Below are positions 8,957-17,293 of a stretch of DNA of 57,244 nucleotides, piece after piece. The stretch's first letter is position 1, and each line of letters begins with the position of its first letter. The position numbers and the translations under genes were made by a program. The notes beneath the pieces are model-generated. The model was not told the DNA's origin, did no database searches, and saw only the letters and a program-made list of their open reading frames with translations. This DNA comes from Anaerolineae bacterium (lineage in GTDB: Bacteria; Chloroflexota; Anaerolineae; Anaerolineales; UBA11657): assembly GCA_963578565.1 (NCBI GenBank), contig CAUZCX010000001.1:1-57244 (forward strand), in the 5' to 3' direction.

Positions 8957-10744
8957 CTAATAATAGGTTGTTCTGATAACCGGCTGGAACAGCTGTGTGT
9001 CCCTCGCACAGACAGTCTCCAGAATGCACCGTTCGCACTCCGGTTCGCTCATCTCCGGGCATCCGCTCCGCATCTGGAAAAAGAATTGATCGACTGAAAC
9101 CATATCCACACCGGAAACATCCGCTATCATCCTGATGGCCTCATAGACGCTGGATCGGATTGCGTACTCATCTTCATCTGTCATCCGTCTGCGGTCGATG
9201 ACTTGTAAGCGAAGTCCCGGGTCAATCACGTTGACAATGCCTGTCCGCAGCGCGGAACGCATGAGATGGTAGTCAATGCAAGGAGGCAGGGCTTCTCCAG
9301 TTGCGGGCCGCAAGAATCTTTCAGGACGATTCACGAGGATGTAAGCAAGTAGCGCCGATTTTTTCTGCAGTGGGTCATCTTTGTAACCACCAACTTGCCA
9401 CAGAAATCGTAAGAATTCATCAAGTGGCTTCTTTGATTCCTTGGCCCGCCTAAGGATTTCGCTCGGCGTCACTCCTAATTCCAACATATCCCGGCCATAA
9501 GCTCGCGCTTCAGATAGGTGCAGATCTAACGCTGGCATTGGACAGATACCATGATCATCCTCTAAAACCGATGCCAGTTCCTCTTTGGAGAGATTAGCCT
9601 GTCGATCTATATGAAAGAATCCCGGGTCGGATTCCAAAACACGGAAATAAGCAGAAAGCAGGTAGTCAGACCCCTTCAGAGTCTTACCATCAATCTCAGC
9701 AATCATAGGCCGTTGATAGCGCCCATTGCTCTCCTCCCAAAATCCAAACTGTTGAAGGGTAAGTGCGAAAAAGAAGTCCAGGGCACTAGGATGTCCTTCC
9801 GTAGGCTGCCCCGCACCGGTAAACGTATGTGGAGTAGTCGTCTTCTTCGCCTTCAGTAAGCGAGCAATATTGTGTGTTTGGTCACTGTTCACTACCACAC
9901 GACTGCTTGTCGTTGGTTGTGTTCCAAACGCGTCACCGATAAGGCCTTTAGGTCCCAAGTGGCGGACATTGAGTGTAGCTACGTGAACGGCGTTGTTGGC
10001 GGCTAGCACTGGGTGTTGCAGGCGGCACAAATATGCCAGTGTTGCTCCACAGAATGAATCTCCGGCCCCTGTGGGGTCATATGCCTCGGTCGGCACTATA
10101 TGCACACGATGAACATGGTCTCCTTGAATCACACTCAGTCCGCGGTCCCCATGTGTTACGAACAGTATGGTTCCTGGTTGCCACGAATAATCCTGAGGCT
10201 GTCCCAAGAGGGGCTCCGCCTCATGTTCATTCATGAAGCACAGATCGGCTCTCGCAACCAGTTCGTGTAACTTTCCTATCTGATCCTCTGGTAACTTGTG
10301 CCCACCACTAACTGAAACAAAGCGCGCGCGACTGTTCCGACATCTAGCTAATAGGCTGAGCTGTAGATCAATGTTTCCCAACTGCACTATGTGGACGTAG
10401 GTATATGCTGAAAGATCATCTGGCAGGACGGATTCCGTCATCAAGGATTCAGATCGAGGCTCGACAGATGTATAGTCGGCCCTGCCATCAGTATCATAAA
10501 CAATTTCGAAGTGAGGGAGTTCGTCCGGATGCACACTCGGGCCAAACCAATTAATCAACTCATTCACTGGGCGGAGCAATTTTGGCATAGGATCAGGGAA
10601 TGGCGCAAGCATATGTGCCTGCGCTCCAGCTGCCCTTGCACCTAATGCTGTATAAAGGCCTGCTCCCCCAACTGTTTGGTGAGATCTTCCGTCGAGGTGC
10701 AGCACGTCCTGGGATGCGCCTCCTATCACTAATATATTTTCCAT
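8957..10744 (-). CDS. Fusion protein: N-terminal PfkB kinase + C-terminal DUF2419/Q_salvage (Qng1-like) nucleoside-monophosphate glycosylase domain with a Cys4 motif
   Basis: N-terminal half: ILVIGGASQDVLHL, VGGAGLY, DPTGAGDSFCGATLAYL (PfkB). C-terminal half: ALDFFFALTLQQFGFWEE, IDYHLMRSALRTG and the terminal IRTTYY resemble conserved blocks of Qng1 proteins. CPEMSEPECERCILETVC (nt 9008-9061) has C-x7-C-x2-C-x5-C spacing. Confidence 0.8.
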   Translation of the reverse strand: MENILVIGGASQDVLHLDGRSHQTVGGAGLYTALGARAAGAQAHMLAPFPDPMPKLLRPVNELINWFGPSVHPDELPHFEIVYDTDGRADYTSVEPRSESLMTESVLPDDLSAYTYVHIVQLGNIDLQLSLLARCRNSRARFVSVSGGHKLPEDQIGKLHELVARADLCFMNEHEAEPLLGQPQDYSWQPGTILFVTHGDRGLSVIQGDHVHRVHIVPTEAYDPTGAGDSFCGATLAYLCRLQHPVLAANNAVHVATLNVRHLGPKGLIGDAFGTQPTTSSRVVVNSDQTHNIARLLKAKKTTTPHTFTGAGQPTEGHPSALDFFFALTLQQFGFWEESNGRYQRPMIAEIDGKTLKGSDYLLSAYFRVLESDPGFFHIDRQANLSKEELASVLEDDHGICPMPALDLHLSEARAYGRDMLELGVTPSEILRRAKESKKPLDEFLRFLWQVGGYKDDPLQKKSALLAYILVNRPERFLRPATGEALPPCIDYHLMRSALRTGIVNVIDPGLRLQVIDRRRMTDEDEYAIRSSVYEAIRMIADVSGVDMVSVDQFFFQMRSGCPEMSEPECERCILETVCARDTQLFQPVIRTTYY

Positions 10745-10848
10745 ACTCGCTAATTAGGCTCCTACGGTCCGCTCGTTCTTACCAGCCGCACCTGTGACTA
10801 ACACCAGACCTCACTAATCTCCCCTCTGGATCTTTGATCAGCATTGTT

Positions 10849-11526
10849 TTATGGTGGTGGATAGGTTTCCCATAGTTTCATACCGTAATACTCGTCCCAT
10901 AACATAGTCTCATGTTGGACGCTTATCATGAAGATGGTTTCCATCTGTTCGCACTGCTGCGTAGTGCTCACGGCTGCCTGCCTGTCAAGTAAACTTAGGG
11001 CGTGTTCCAAGCCTTCGCGATGTGCAGGATCGCTGTGAAAAGCGAACCAGTCTTGGTACGCATGACCTTTTTTGAGCGGCTTCTCCTTTAGCAAACGGTG
11101 TACAGCCTCACCATAACCCCACTGACAGGCCAATATGGCCGCCTGGACATCCCCCAAGGATCCATGATAGGCACTGGCAAGTTGGTGGCGAGTGTACGAA
11201 TACTTCAGCGGCCCCATCGCGTGGGCAAGAAGGTCCTCTCTTTTCATCCCCGTTCTTTCTGCATGCTTTTCATGATCCCGCATCTCCTCTTGGACGCTTT
11301 GCACGTGACGTAACATAACGGCCACATCGGCAGGATCATCGGCCTTGAGGATACCCAGGGCACACACTTTAATGAAATTGTGCAAATAGGGATAATCCAC
11401 GCGCAGCCAGTATCTGAAAATTTCAACTGGTAAGTCCCCGTTGATAAGTCCTTGTAGGAAAGGTTTTTTGACTTGGGCTTGCATATAGGGCTCGGCTTTG
11501 GAGAGCAGTGTACGACTAAATGACAT
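10849..11526 (-). CDS. tenA: TenA/thiaminase-II family protein (aminopyrimidine aminohydrolase-like)
   Basis: By-eye alignment to B. subtilis TenA: PFLQGLINGDLPVEIFRYWLRVDYPYL (Asp retained), AAILACQWGY (catalytic Cys position retained), ISVQHETMLW (Glu retained). Confidence 0.75.
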   Translation of the reverse strand: MSFSRTLLSKAEPYMQAQVKKPFLQGLINGDLPVEIFRYWLRVDYPYLHNFIKVCALGILKADDPADVAVMLRHVQSVQEEMRDHEKHAERTGMKREDLLAHAMGPLKYSYTRHQLASAYHGSLGDVQAAILACQWGYGEAVHRLLKEKPLKKGHAYQDWFAFHSDPAHREGLEHALSLLDRQAAVSTTQQCEQMETIFMISVQHETMLWDEYYGMKLWETYPPP

Positions 11527-11696
11527 GATTGTCTGTCTCCTTTACACCAACAGGTGCGTCGTGTGCCGATCAGCGGTTCAGGTTCTATATAGTGCTCTCT
11601 GGCACGAGTTACAACGGAAACGGAATGTCGGCCAACTTCAACAGTTTACTAATTAGACGACACCCTATTTCTGTACTGTGCAGAACAATTGCATAA

Positions 11697-12194
11697 TCAT
11701 ACCCCTACGTCTTCATGCCAAATCTCAGGAGAATCCGTGACAAAAACTTGCATGAGCTTAATACATTCATGTAAATCCAGATTGACAACTCCGACTCCAT
11801 GCTCAATCAACCAGTCTTCACACAGAGTTAGGTTTTGCACCGTTCTATTTTCACCAATGACCACACGTGGTATCTTGTACAGGATAATCGTACCCGCACA
11901 CATAGTGCATGGAGAAAGGGTTGTGTATATCGTGGATTCAGAATATGTGCTAGCCCGGAGGCGGCCCGCATCCTGAATGGCTACCATCTCTGCGTGTAGG
12001 ATGGGGTTTTCCCTTTGAACACGCTGGTTGTGTCCCCTTCCTATAATACGGCCCTGTGATACCAGGACAGACCCGATAGGAATGCCGCCTCCCTCTCGTC
12101 CCTTCTTTGCCTCAGCTATAGCCTCGGCCATCCACATTCTGTCAGTATCCATGCTGTGTTCAGCTCCCCACATTGCTTGGCGCTTCACAATCAT
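11697..12194 (-). CDS. Cytosine deaminase of the CDA-fold, yeast FCY1 type
   Basis: HAEMVAIQ and LSPCTMCAGTII zinc motifs. Overall length and blocks (GGIPIGSVLV, IPRVVIGEN, ending SPEIWHEDVGV) parallel yeast Fcy1 as I remember it. Confidence 0.8.
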   Translation of the reverse strand: MIVKRQAMWGAEHSMDTDRMWMAEAIAEAKKGREGGGIPIGSVLVSQGRIIGRGHNQRVQRENPILHAEMVAIQDAGRLRASTYSESTIYTTLSPCTMCAGTIILYKIPRVVIGENRTVQNLTLCEDWLIEHGVGVVNLDLHECIKLMQVFVTDSPEIWHEDVGV

Positions 12195-12203
12195 GCATTG
12201 TGA

Positions 12204-12983
12204 TCATTTCGCTGTGTTCTTGTCAAGCTGAATAAGAAGACGCACGCCTTCAACAGCAGTACGGCACAGTGGCTCAAGACCATCGTGGCTCCCGCCCGCG
12301 ACCATCAAGCCACCCGCCCGTTTCGCGAGCGTACGCGCGATCACAAATAACGCGGCAGCCTCCATCTCGGAGCATAGTACTCCGCCCTGTACCCAGCACT
12401 TCCAGCGTTCTTTGAGCATGTCTGCCAGCGGCATCCTGTCAGGCTCAACTTCACCGTAGAACGAGTCTTTAGAGTGCGAAATACCTACGTGGTAAGGGGC
12501 AGCAGTGACTTCGCATGCCTGCCTGAGGCAAGCGACGACATCTAGGTCTGCCACAGCAGGAAAGGCCATCGGCATGTAATGCAATGCTGTTCCTTCATCG
12601 CGCACTGCGGCAGACACAACAACTAGATCGCCCGGCGAGACCCAATCTTGTAACGTTCCCGACGTCCCTACACGGATAAATGTATCTGCTCCAATCTTCG
12701 CCAGCTCCTCAACTGCGATGGCTGTAGAGGGCCCCCCGATCCCTGTCGAGGTGACAGAGACAGGTGCACCCTCTAGCATTCCGGTGTAGGTTCGATGTTC
12801 TCGATTCTCCGCAACCTGACGGGCACCGTCTAGGAAGGATGCAATGAGCGGCACCCTCCCGGGATCACCCGGCAGGAGCACATATCGGCCAACGTCTCCC
12901 GGCCGCATTTTTATGTGGTACTGTGGGATTGTTTCGTCCGTGGTATCAACAAGCTGGCGCCGGTGTTCCGTTTTCTTAGCCAT
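12204..12983 (-). CDS. Nucleoside phosphorylase, PNP/UDP family 1 (uridine-phosphorylase-like), paralog 1
   Basis: YVLLPGDPGRV, VTSTGIGGPSTAIAVEEL, FIRVGTSG and SEMEAAALF motifs. Confidence 0.8.
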   Translation of the reverse strand: MAKKTEHRRQLVDTTDETIPQYHIKMRPGDVGRYVLLPGDPGRVPLIASFLDGARQVAENREHRTYTGMLEGAPVSVTSTGIGGPSTAIAVEELAKIGADTFIRVGTSGTLQDWVSPGDLVVVSAAVRDEGTALHYMPMAFPAVADLDVVACLRQACEVTAAPYHVGISHSKDSFYGEVEPDRMPLADMLKERWKCWVQGGVLCSEMEAAALFVIARTLAKRAGGLMVAGGSHDGLEPLCRTAVEGVRLLIQLDKNTAK

Positions 12984-12994
12984 GCGGCGTCATC

Positions 12995-13690
12995 CTAGTT
13001 GGGCATTCCGGCAAGAACACCCAACTCATCTCCTTCGCCTGCCCATGGGTCAGACAACTCCCACCCAGCATCAAACGTTGCTATTTGATGCTGGGTGGCC
13101 CTTAGGAAAAGCCAGCACATTTTCTCGCGCTCGTAATCTGTGGTGTTTGCGCCGTACTCGTTAATACCATCCTCGGTTGCTCTCTGCATGTCTCGGTAAA
13201 AGGAATCCGTCCATTGCTTGATCCAATCCTCCTGCAACTCCGAAAGAGTCTTAGGTTGTTCATTTTCATAGCGCACTCCAAATGTCGTGTGGAAACAGTC
13301 GCACGGATAGACAGCACAACATATGTCGCCGAACGTGCCCTGATAGAATGCCCTGACGAAAAAGTTGATGAATGCTTCCCTGCGAGGTCTAGCTGCCCAG
13401 CGGGTCAGCGCACACTCATCGTAGTCTTCCAGCATGCGTAACTCCACGCGCGATTCAGCCACACGGACACCATATTCTGTTTGAAGCTTCACCAACTGAT
13501 TATGCGGTGGCACTTTTGCGAAGGCTACCTGTGCTGAATCTTCGCCGATGTAAGGAAGATATTGGATCAGCCAATAGCGAAACCGTTCCTCGTCGAGTTG
13601 CCCAGCAAAGAGAGCTTCGATCCAGGGATGATGGATATATCTCTGCCAACTGGGTCCTGAAAATACATTACATTTTTCCAGAAATGACAA
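12995..13690 (-). CDS. Divergent TenA/haem-oxygenase-like fold protein
   Basis: HPWIEALFAGQLDEERFRYWLIQYLPYI aligns with the TenA N-terminal block. CAVYPCDCF retains the Cys position, but the Asp and Glu positions appear substituted (by-eye alignment). Confidence 0.6.
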   Translation of the reverse strand: MSFLEKCNVFSGPSWQRYIHHPWIEALFAGQLDEERFRYWLIQYLPYIGEDSAQVAFAKVPPHNQLVKLQTEYGVRVAESRVELRMLEDYDECALTRWAARPRREAFINFFVRAFYQGTFGDICCAVYPCDCFHTTFGVRYENEQPKTLSELQEDWIKQWTDSFYRDMQRATEDGINEYGANTTDYEREKMCWLFLRATQHQIATFDAGWELSDPWAGEGDELGVLAGMPN

Positions 13691-13694
13691 CGTT

Positions 13695-14444
13695 TTACCT
13701 CCCTACATGATCTTGTTCAATCAGGATCTTAATAGCAGACACAGACGTTTCAAGTAAACTGGATAGATCGTCGTGAGTGCCCCCGGCGAGCATGATCCCC
13801 CCGGCCCGACATTGCAATATTCTCGCAACGACAAAAATAGTTGAGGCCTCCATTTCGGAGGACAACGTACCACCTTCTATCCAAGCCCGCCAGCGGTCCT
13901 GCAGTTCCCCGGCAATAGGCATGCGCTCGGGTTCGTGTTGCCCGTAGAAAGAGTCTTTGGATTGACTTAAACCGACGTGGTGGCGAAGATTGTGATTTCG
14001 TGCAGCTTGCCTTAATGCTAGGGTCACATCGAGGTCAGCGATCGCTGGATACTCTAAGGGCATGTATTGTTGCGAAGTGAATTCATCTCGGACGGCACCC
14101 CAAGCAATCAACAGGTCACCAGGCTCGATGAATTCCTGCATAGGTCCAGACGTGCCTACTCGAATGAACGTATCAGCGCCAGCCATTGTCAATTCTTCCA
14201 CCGCTATTGCTGTCGACGGGCATCCCATTCCAGTCGAGGTTACCGAGACTTTCTCTCCTGAGAGTTCTCCCGTGTAGGTCAGATACTCCCGATTATGTGC
14301 GACCTCTTGGGCATCATCTAGTAGACCCGCAATCATGGGGACCCGACCAGGGTCTCCAGGAAGGAGAACATACCGGCCGATATCGCCACGCCGGCATCCG
14401 ATGTGATACATGATTGACTTATTGAGCTCAGTAGCTGTGCTCAT
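13695..14444 (-). CDS. Nucleoside phosphorylase, PNP/UDP family 1, paralog 2
   Basis: Same motif set as paralog 1 (YVLLPGDPGRV, VTSTGMGCPSTAIAVEEL, FIRVGTSG, SEMEASTIF). I place the start at ATG 14444 (MSTATEL), which overlaps the upstream TGA as ATGA. The track ORF extends to 14525. Confidence 0.8.
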   Translation of the reverse strand: MSTATELNKSIMYHIGCRRGDIGRYVLLPGDPGRVPMIAGLLDDAQEVAHNREYLTYTGELSGEKVSVTSTGMGCPSTAIAVEELTMAGADTFIRVGTSGPMQEFIEPGDLLIAWGAVRDEFTSQQYMPLEYPAIADLDVTLALRQAARNHNLRHHVGLSQSKDSFYGQHEPERMPIAGELQDRWRAWIEGGTLSSEMEASTIFVVARILQCRAGGIMLAGGTHDDLSSLLETSVSAIKILIEQDHVGR

Positions 14445-15031
14445 ACATTCGCCTTTCTCCAGAAATATACCATTGTACCAATAAATGTGACCGCAGCTCC
14501 CACAACCATTGTAACGGAGAGCCATCCGGGCATGAAGGCAATCTCACTCCATTCAAGCTGTTTACGATAAGAGATGAGCAACCAAGTGCCGGCGATCGTG
14601 ATGGCCACCCCCACGATACCAGACACATAGTCTTTCGTTGAGACTCTGATGTCACGAATGTTGGTCTTATGCCCTTTTGAACCAAATGCTCGTGATGCTA
14701 GGCTCATAGATAATTGCTGTACACGATCAATTGTGCCCGCGAACACGGGCACGATGCTCGGGATTGCTGCACCGAAACCCGTCACTTGCATCGCCCGCGA
14801 CTGCTGTGCGCTAAGAACGATCATGAACTCTCTCTGGACTATTGGGATCAACTGAATGCTCGCGGAAACCATGAAATTGAGTTCATGCGGCATGCCGAGC
14901 TTTTGGAGTGCTGCGAAGAGATGGCTATGCGTGCTGCTACTTGCTCGAAGAAGTGCCTTGATGCTGCTTTTTTTACCTGCATCAGTACTAATGACGCTGA
15001 CAGTCCGCAGGATGTGAAATTCTGGTTACAT
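14441..15031 (-). pseudogene. ECF-transporter T component (EcfT/CbiQ) remnant: C-terminal half only, codon 2 is a stop
   Basis: SASIQLIPIVQREFMIVLSAQQSRAM and SMSLASRAFGSKGHKTNIRDIR match the two EcfT coupling-helix motifs (RFIP..AQ.ARG; A..RGF). Homology continues 44 codons upstream of ATG 14893 to an in-frame TAA (15026-15028). That TAA directly follows an ATG (15029-15031) with an AGGAGG Shine-Dalgarno 6 nt upstream. No N-terminal TM helices are encoded. Confidence 0.55.
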
Positions 15032-15191
15032 AATGTACCTCCTCATTCGTACAAACATGGGTGTGTACGCCGTCAAAATCGGGGGGACGCGTGTACGATG
15101 GCCGATTACAAGATAAATATGCGATCCTACTTTGGTCCCTCGCAGCTCCCGTCCGGAACGAGCTAGGAGTGCTCATAACTAACGTCATCAG

Positions 15192-15668
15192 TTAAGAGTA
15201 CATCGAAACGTTGATGTGTAGTTGCTTTGGGCCGAATGCATATGGCAGAAGCTCTTCAATCGTTGTAACAGCAATGTTCGTCTTGTCAGCGGTAGCTAAA
15301 ATGATTTCAATGTCGCATCCGGAAACCTGTGAAAACTCATAAATTACCTGCCGGCAGCTACCACATGGGCCAGCGGTTATCTGGCTTTTCTCGAAGTTAT
15401 CCGAGCGCCCAGTGACCGCAATTGCAATAATGTCACGGGCACCACCCGAGTTAGCTTTTCCGATAGCCATTCTCTCCGCGCATATGGTTGAACCATAAGC
15501 CGCGTTCTCAACGTTTGATGCCGAGAATAAGGCTCCACTTCGAGTACGCACGGCTGCGCCCACAAAATACCCAGAGTACGGATTGTATGCGGTCTCTAAC
15601 GCAGCAATGGCAGCATCCACCAGTTCATCTTGATCTTGGGTTAGATTCTCCGTCGCCACAGTTTTCAT
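15192..15668 (-). CDS. cdd: Cytidine deaminase (homotetrameric type)
   Basis: CAERMAIGKA and PCGSCRQVIYEF zinc motifs. I prefer ATG 15668 (MKTVATE) over the track start at 15692. Confidence 0.85.
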   Translation of the reverse strand: MKTVATENLTQDQDELVDAAIAALETAYNPYSGYFVGAAVRTRSGALFSASNVENAAYGSTICAERMAIGKANSGGARDIIAIAVTGRSDNFEKSQITAGPCGSCRQVIYEFSQVSGCDIEIILATADKTNIAVTTIEELLPYAFGPKQLHINVSMYS

Positions 15669-15883
15669 TACAATTGACCCCCATGATACCAAAAGGATTG
15701 GACAGAATTATATGAGGATGTGATGGTGGTTTGAATTTACCACAACATGCAATATCATGCTAACACAACAGTTACTATACAATATAGTATGGTAACGCAA
15801 CACTCAGCAAGAACCCAGATATGCGCATTGCCAAAGTCGCTTCATAGTTATGTGCAGGCTCAGGCATAAGTTTCATTGAATTG

Positions 15884-17098
15884 TCATGGTTTTCTTCCAG
15901 GAAGGGCCTGATTAAAATCACGAATGATGTCATCGGCATCTTCCAGTCCTACGGATACGCGGATCATGCCGTCGCGAATATTCATTTGTTCCCTCTGTTC
16001 TTTTGGGACGTCTAGAAAAGCCATCGTAGCAGGAACCTGAGTGATGGTGCGGACGCTTCCCAAACTACCGGCGAACGCGCACAGTTCTAGGGCATCACAT
16101 ACCTTGACTGCTGATTTGCTATCCTCTACCTCGAAGGTAAGCATCGCACCATAATTCGGTATTTGTTCTTTGGCGGTCTGGTGCTCAGGATGAGAGACAA
16201 GACCCGGATAAAGCACTCTCTTGACAAACGGATTACCCTCTAGCCATGTTGCTAACGTCATCGCTGTTTTGCATTGACGTTCCATGCGCACCGGCAGTGT
16301 TTGCAGACCTCGTAGCAGCATCCATGCATTGAAGGGTGACAGTACTCCACCCAGCTTTACTAGTGATGACCAGCGCAACTCGTGCAGAAAGTCAACGGGA
16401 AGATGTCCGTACTTCACAGCTATGATGCCACCTATCACATCGTTGTGCCCACCCATAAACTTGGTCGCACTTTCCACAACAATGTCCACCCCCCAATCAA
16501 GTGGGCGTATTAGATACGGACTGGCGAATGTGTTGTCACATACCACTAAGACGTCATGGTCATGAGCCAAATCAATGAGAGGAGGAATGGCTGCCACGCG
16601 CATTGTGGGATTGGCAATCGTCTCGAAATAAACGATTCTTGTCTTGTCTGTCAACGATCGTTCTACTTGACCGATGTCAGTGGTGTCTACAAAAGTGGTC
16701 TCTATACCGTAATCTGGTAGCCGATGATCGAACAATTCATGCGTGGAGCTATAGGTTGTCCAGTCAGAGACGATGTGGTCACCTGCCCGAAGTAGAGCGA
16801 AGCAGGTGGTAAACACTGCTGCCATGCCGGATGCGACCGCCAGACAACCGTCAGCATTTTCTAGCACAGCCACCTGTTCTTCTAGGGCATACTCGCTCGG
16901 ATTTCCACATCTACCGTATATGTTGATCTGTTCCCGCTCACCGTCGACAATCCGTTTGTGGGTTTCCGCATCATACTGGAAATTGTTGGACAAATATATC
17001 GGCGCATTTAGAGATTTGGTTTCTGGATCCGGATCGTAATAAACCGCTTTGCTAGCAAACGACAATGCATCTTTAGTTTCCTGTCTCATATTGCTCAT
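15884..17098 (-). CDS. Cys/Met-metabolism PLP-dependent enzyme (cystathionine gamma-synthase / methionine gamma-lyase family)
   Basis: YGRCGNPS, ASGMAAV and SATKFMGGHNDVIGG (PLP lysine) motifs. Possible starts are GTG 17119, ATG 17098 or ATG 17089, with a GGGAGG box at 17101-17106. Confidence 0.8.
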   Translation of the reverse strand: MSNMRQETKDALSFASKAVYYDPDPETKSLNAPIYLSNNFQYDAETHKRIVDGEREQINIYGRCGNPSEYALEEQVAVLENADGCLAVASGMAAVFTTCFALLRAGDHIVSDWTTYSSTHELFDHRLPDYGIETTFVDTTDIGQVERSLTDKTRIVYFETIANPTMRVAAIPPLIDLAHDHDVLVVCDNTFASPYLIRPLDWGVDIVVESATKFMGGHNDVIGGIIAVKYGHLPVDFLHELRWSSLVKLGGVLSPFNAWMLLRGLQTLPVRMERQCKTAMTLATWLEGNPFVKRVLYPGLVSHPEHQTAKEQIPNYGAMLTFEVEDSKSAVKVCDALELCAFAGSLGSVRTITQVPATMAFLDVPKEQREQMNIRDGMIRVSVGLEDADDIIRDFNQALPGRKP

Positions 17099-17293
17099 TA
17101 CCTCCCATACTGGCCGCACAATCGTAAATCACCTTGAATAAACTGCGATATCTCGACTCTCGGTAGCACCATACAAGCTGGGAACACCTCAGCATCCCCG
17201 ATTGTATGATTGTACACTTGACAATGACTTGCCCTAATATCAGGAATCAACGAGTCTGTGCACAATCCGCGGATGTGTTGTTAAGTGCCACCT

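Noticed and set aside
11527-11696. Possible TPP (THI-box) riboswitch upstream of the TenA-like gene, since tenA genes are often TPP-regulated.
   Set aside because: The minus-strand leader has an ACCUGA, a CAGAGA-loop hairpin (GUGC/GCAC) and a long-range helix GGUGuCGUC/GACGCACC (11656-11664 with 11553-11560). It lacks the conserved CUGAGA junction context, the CUGG-AUAAUG-CCAGCG arm and the terminal AGGGA. A cmsearch with RF00059 would settle it, and I expect no hit.
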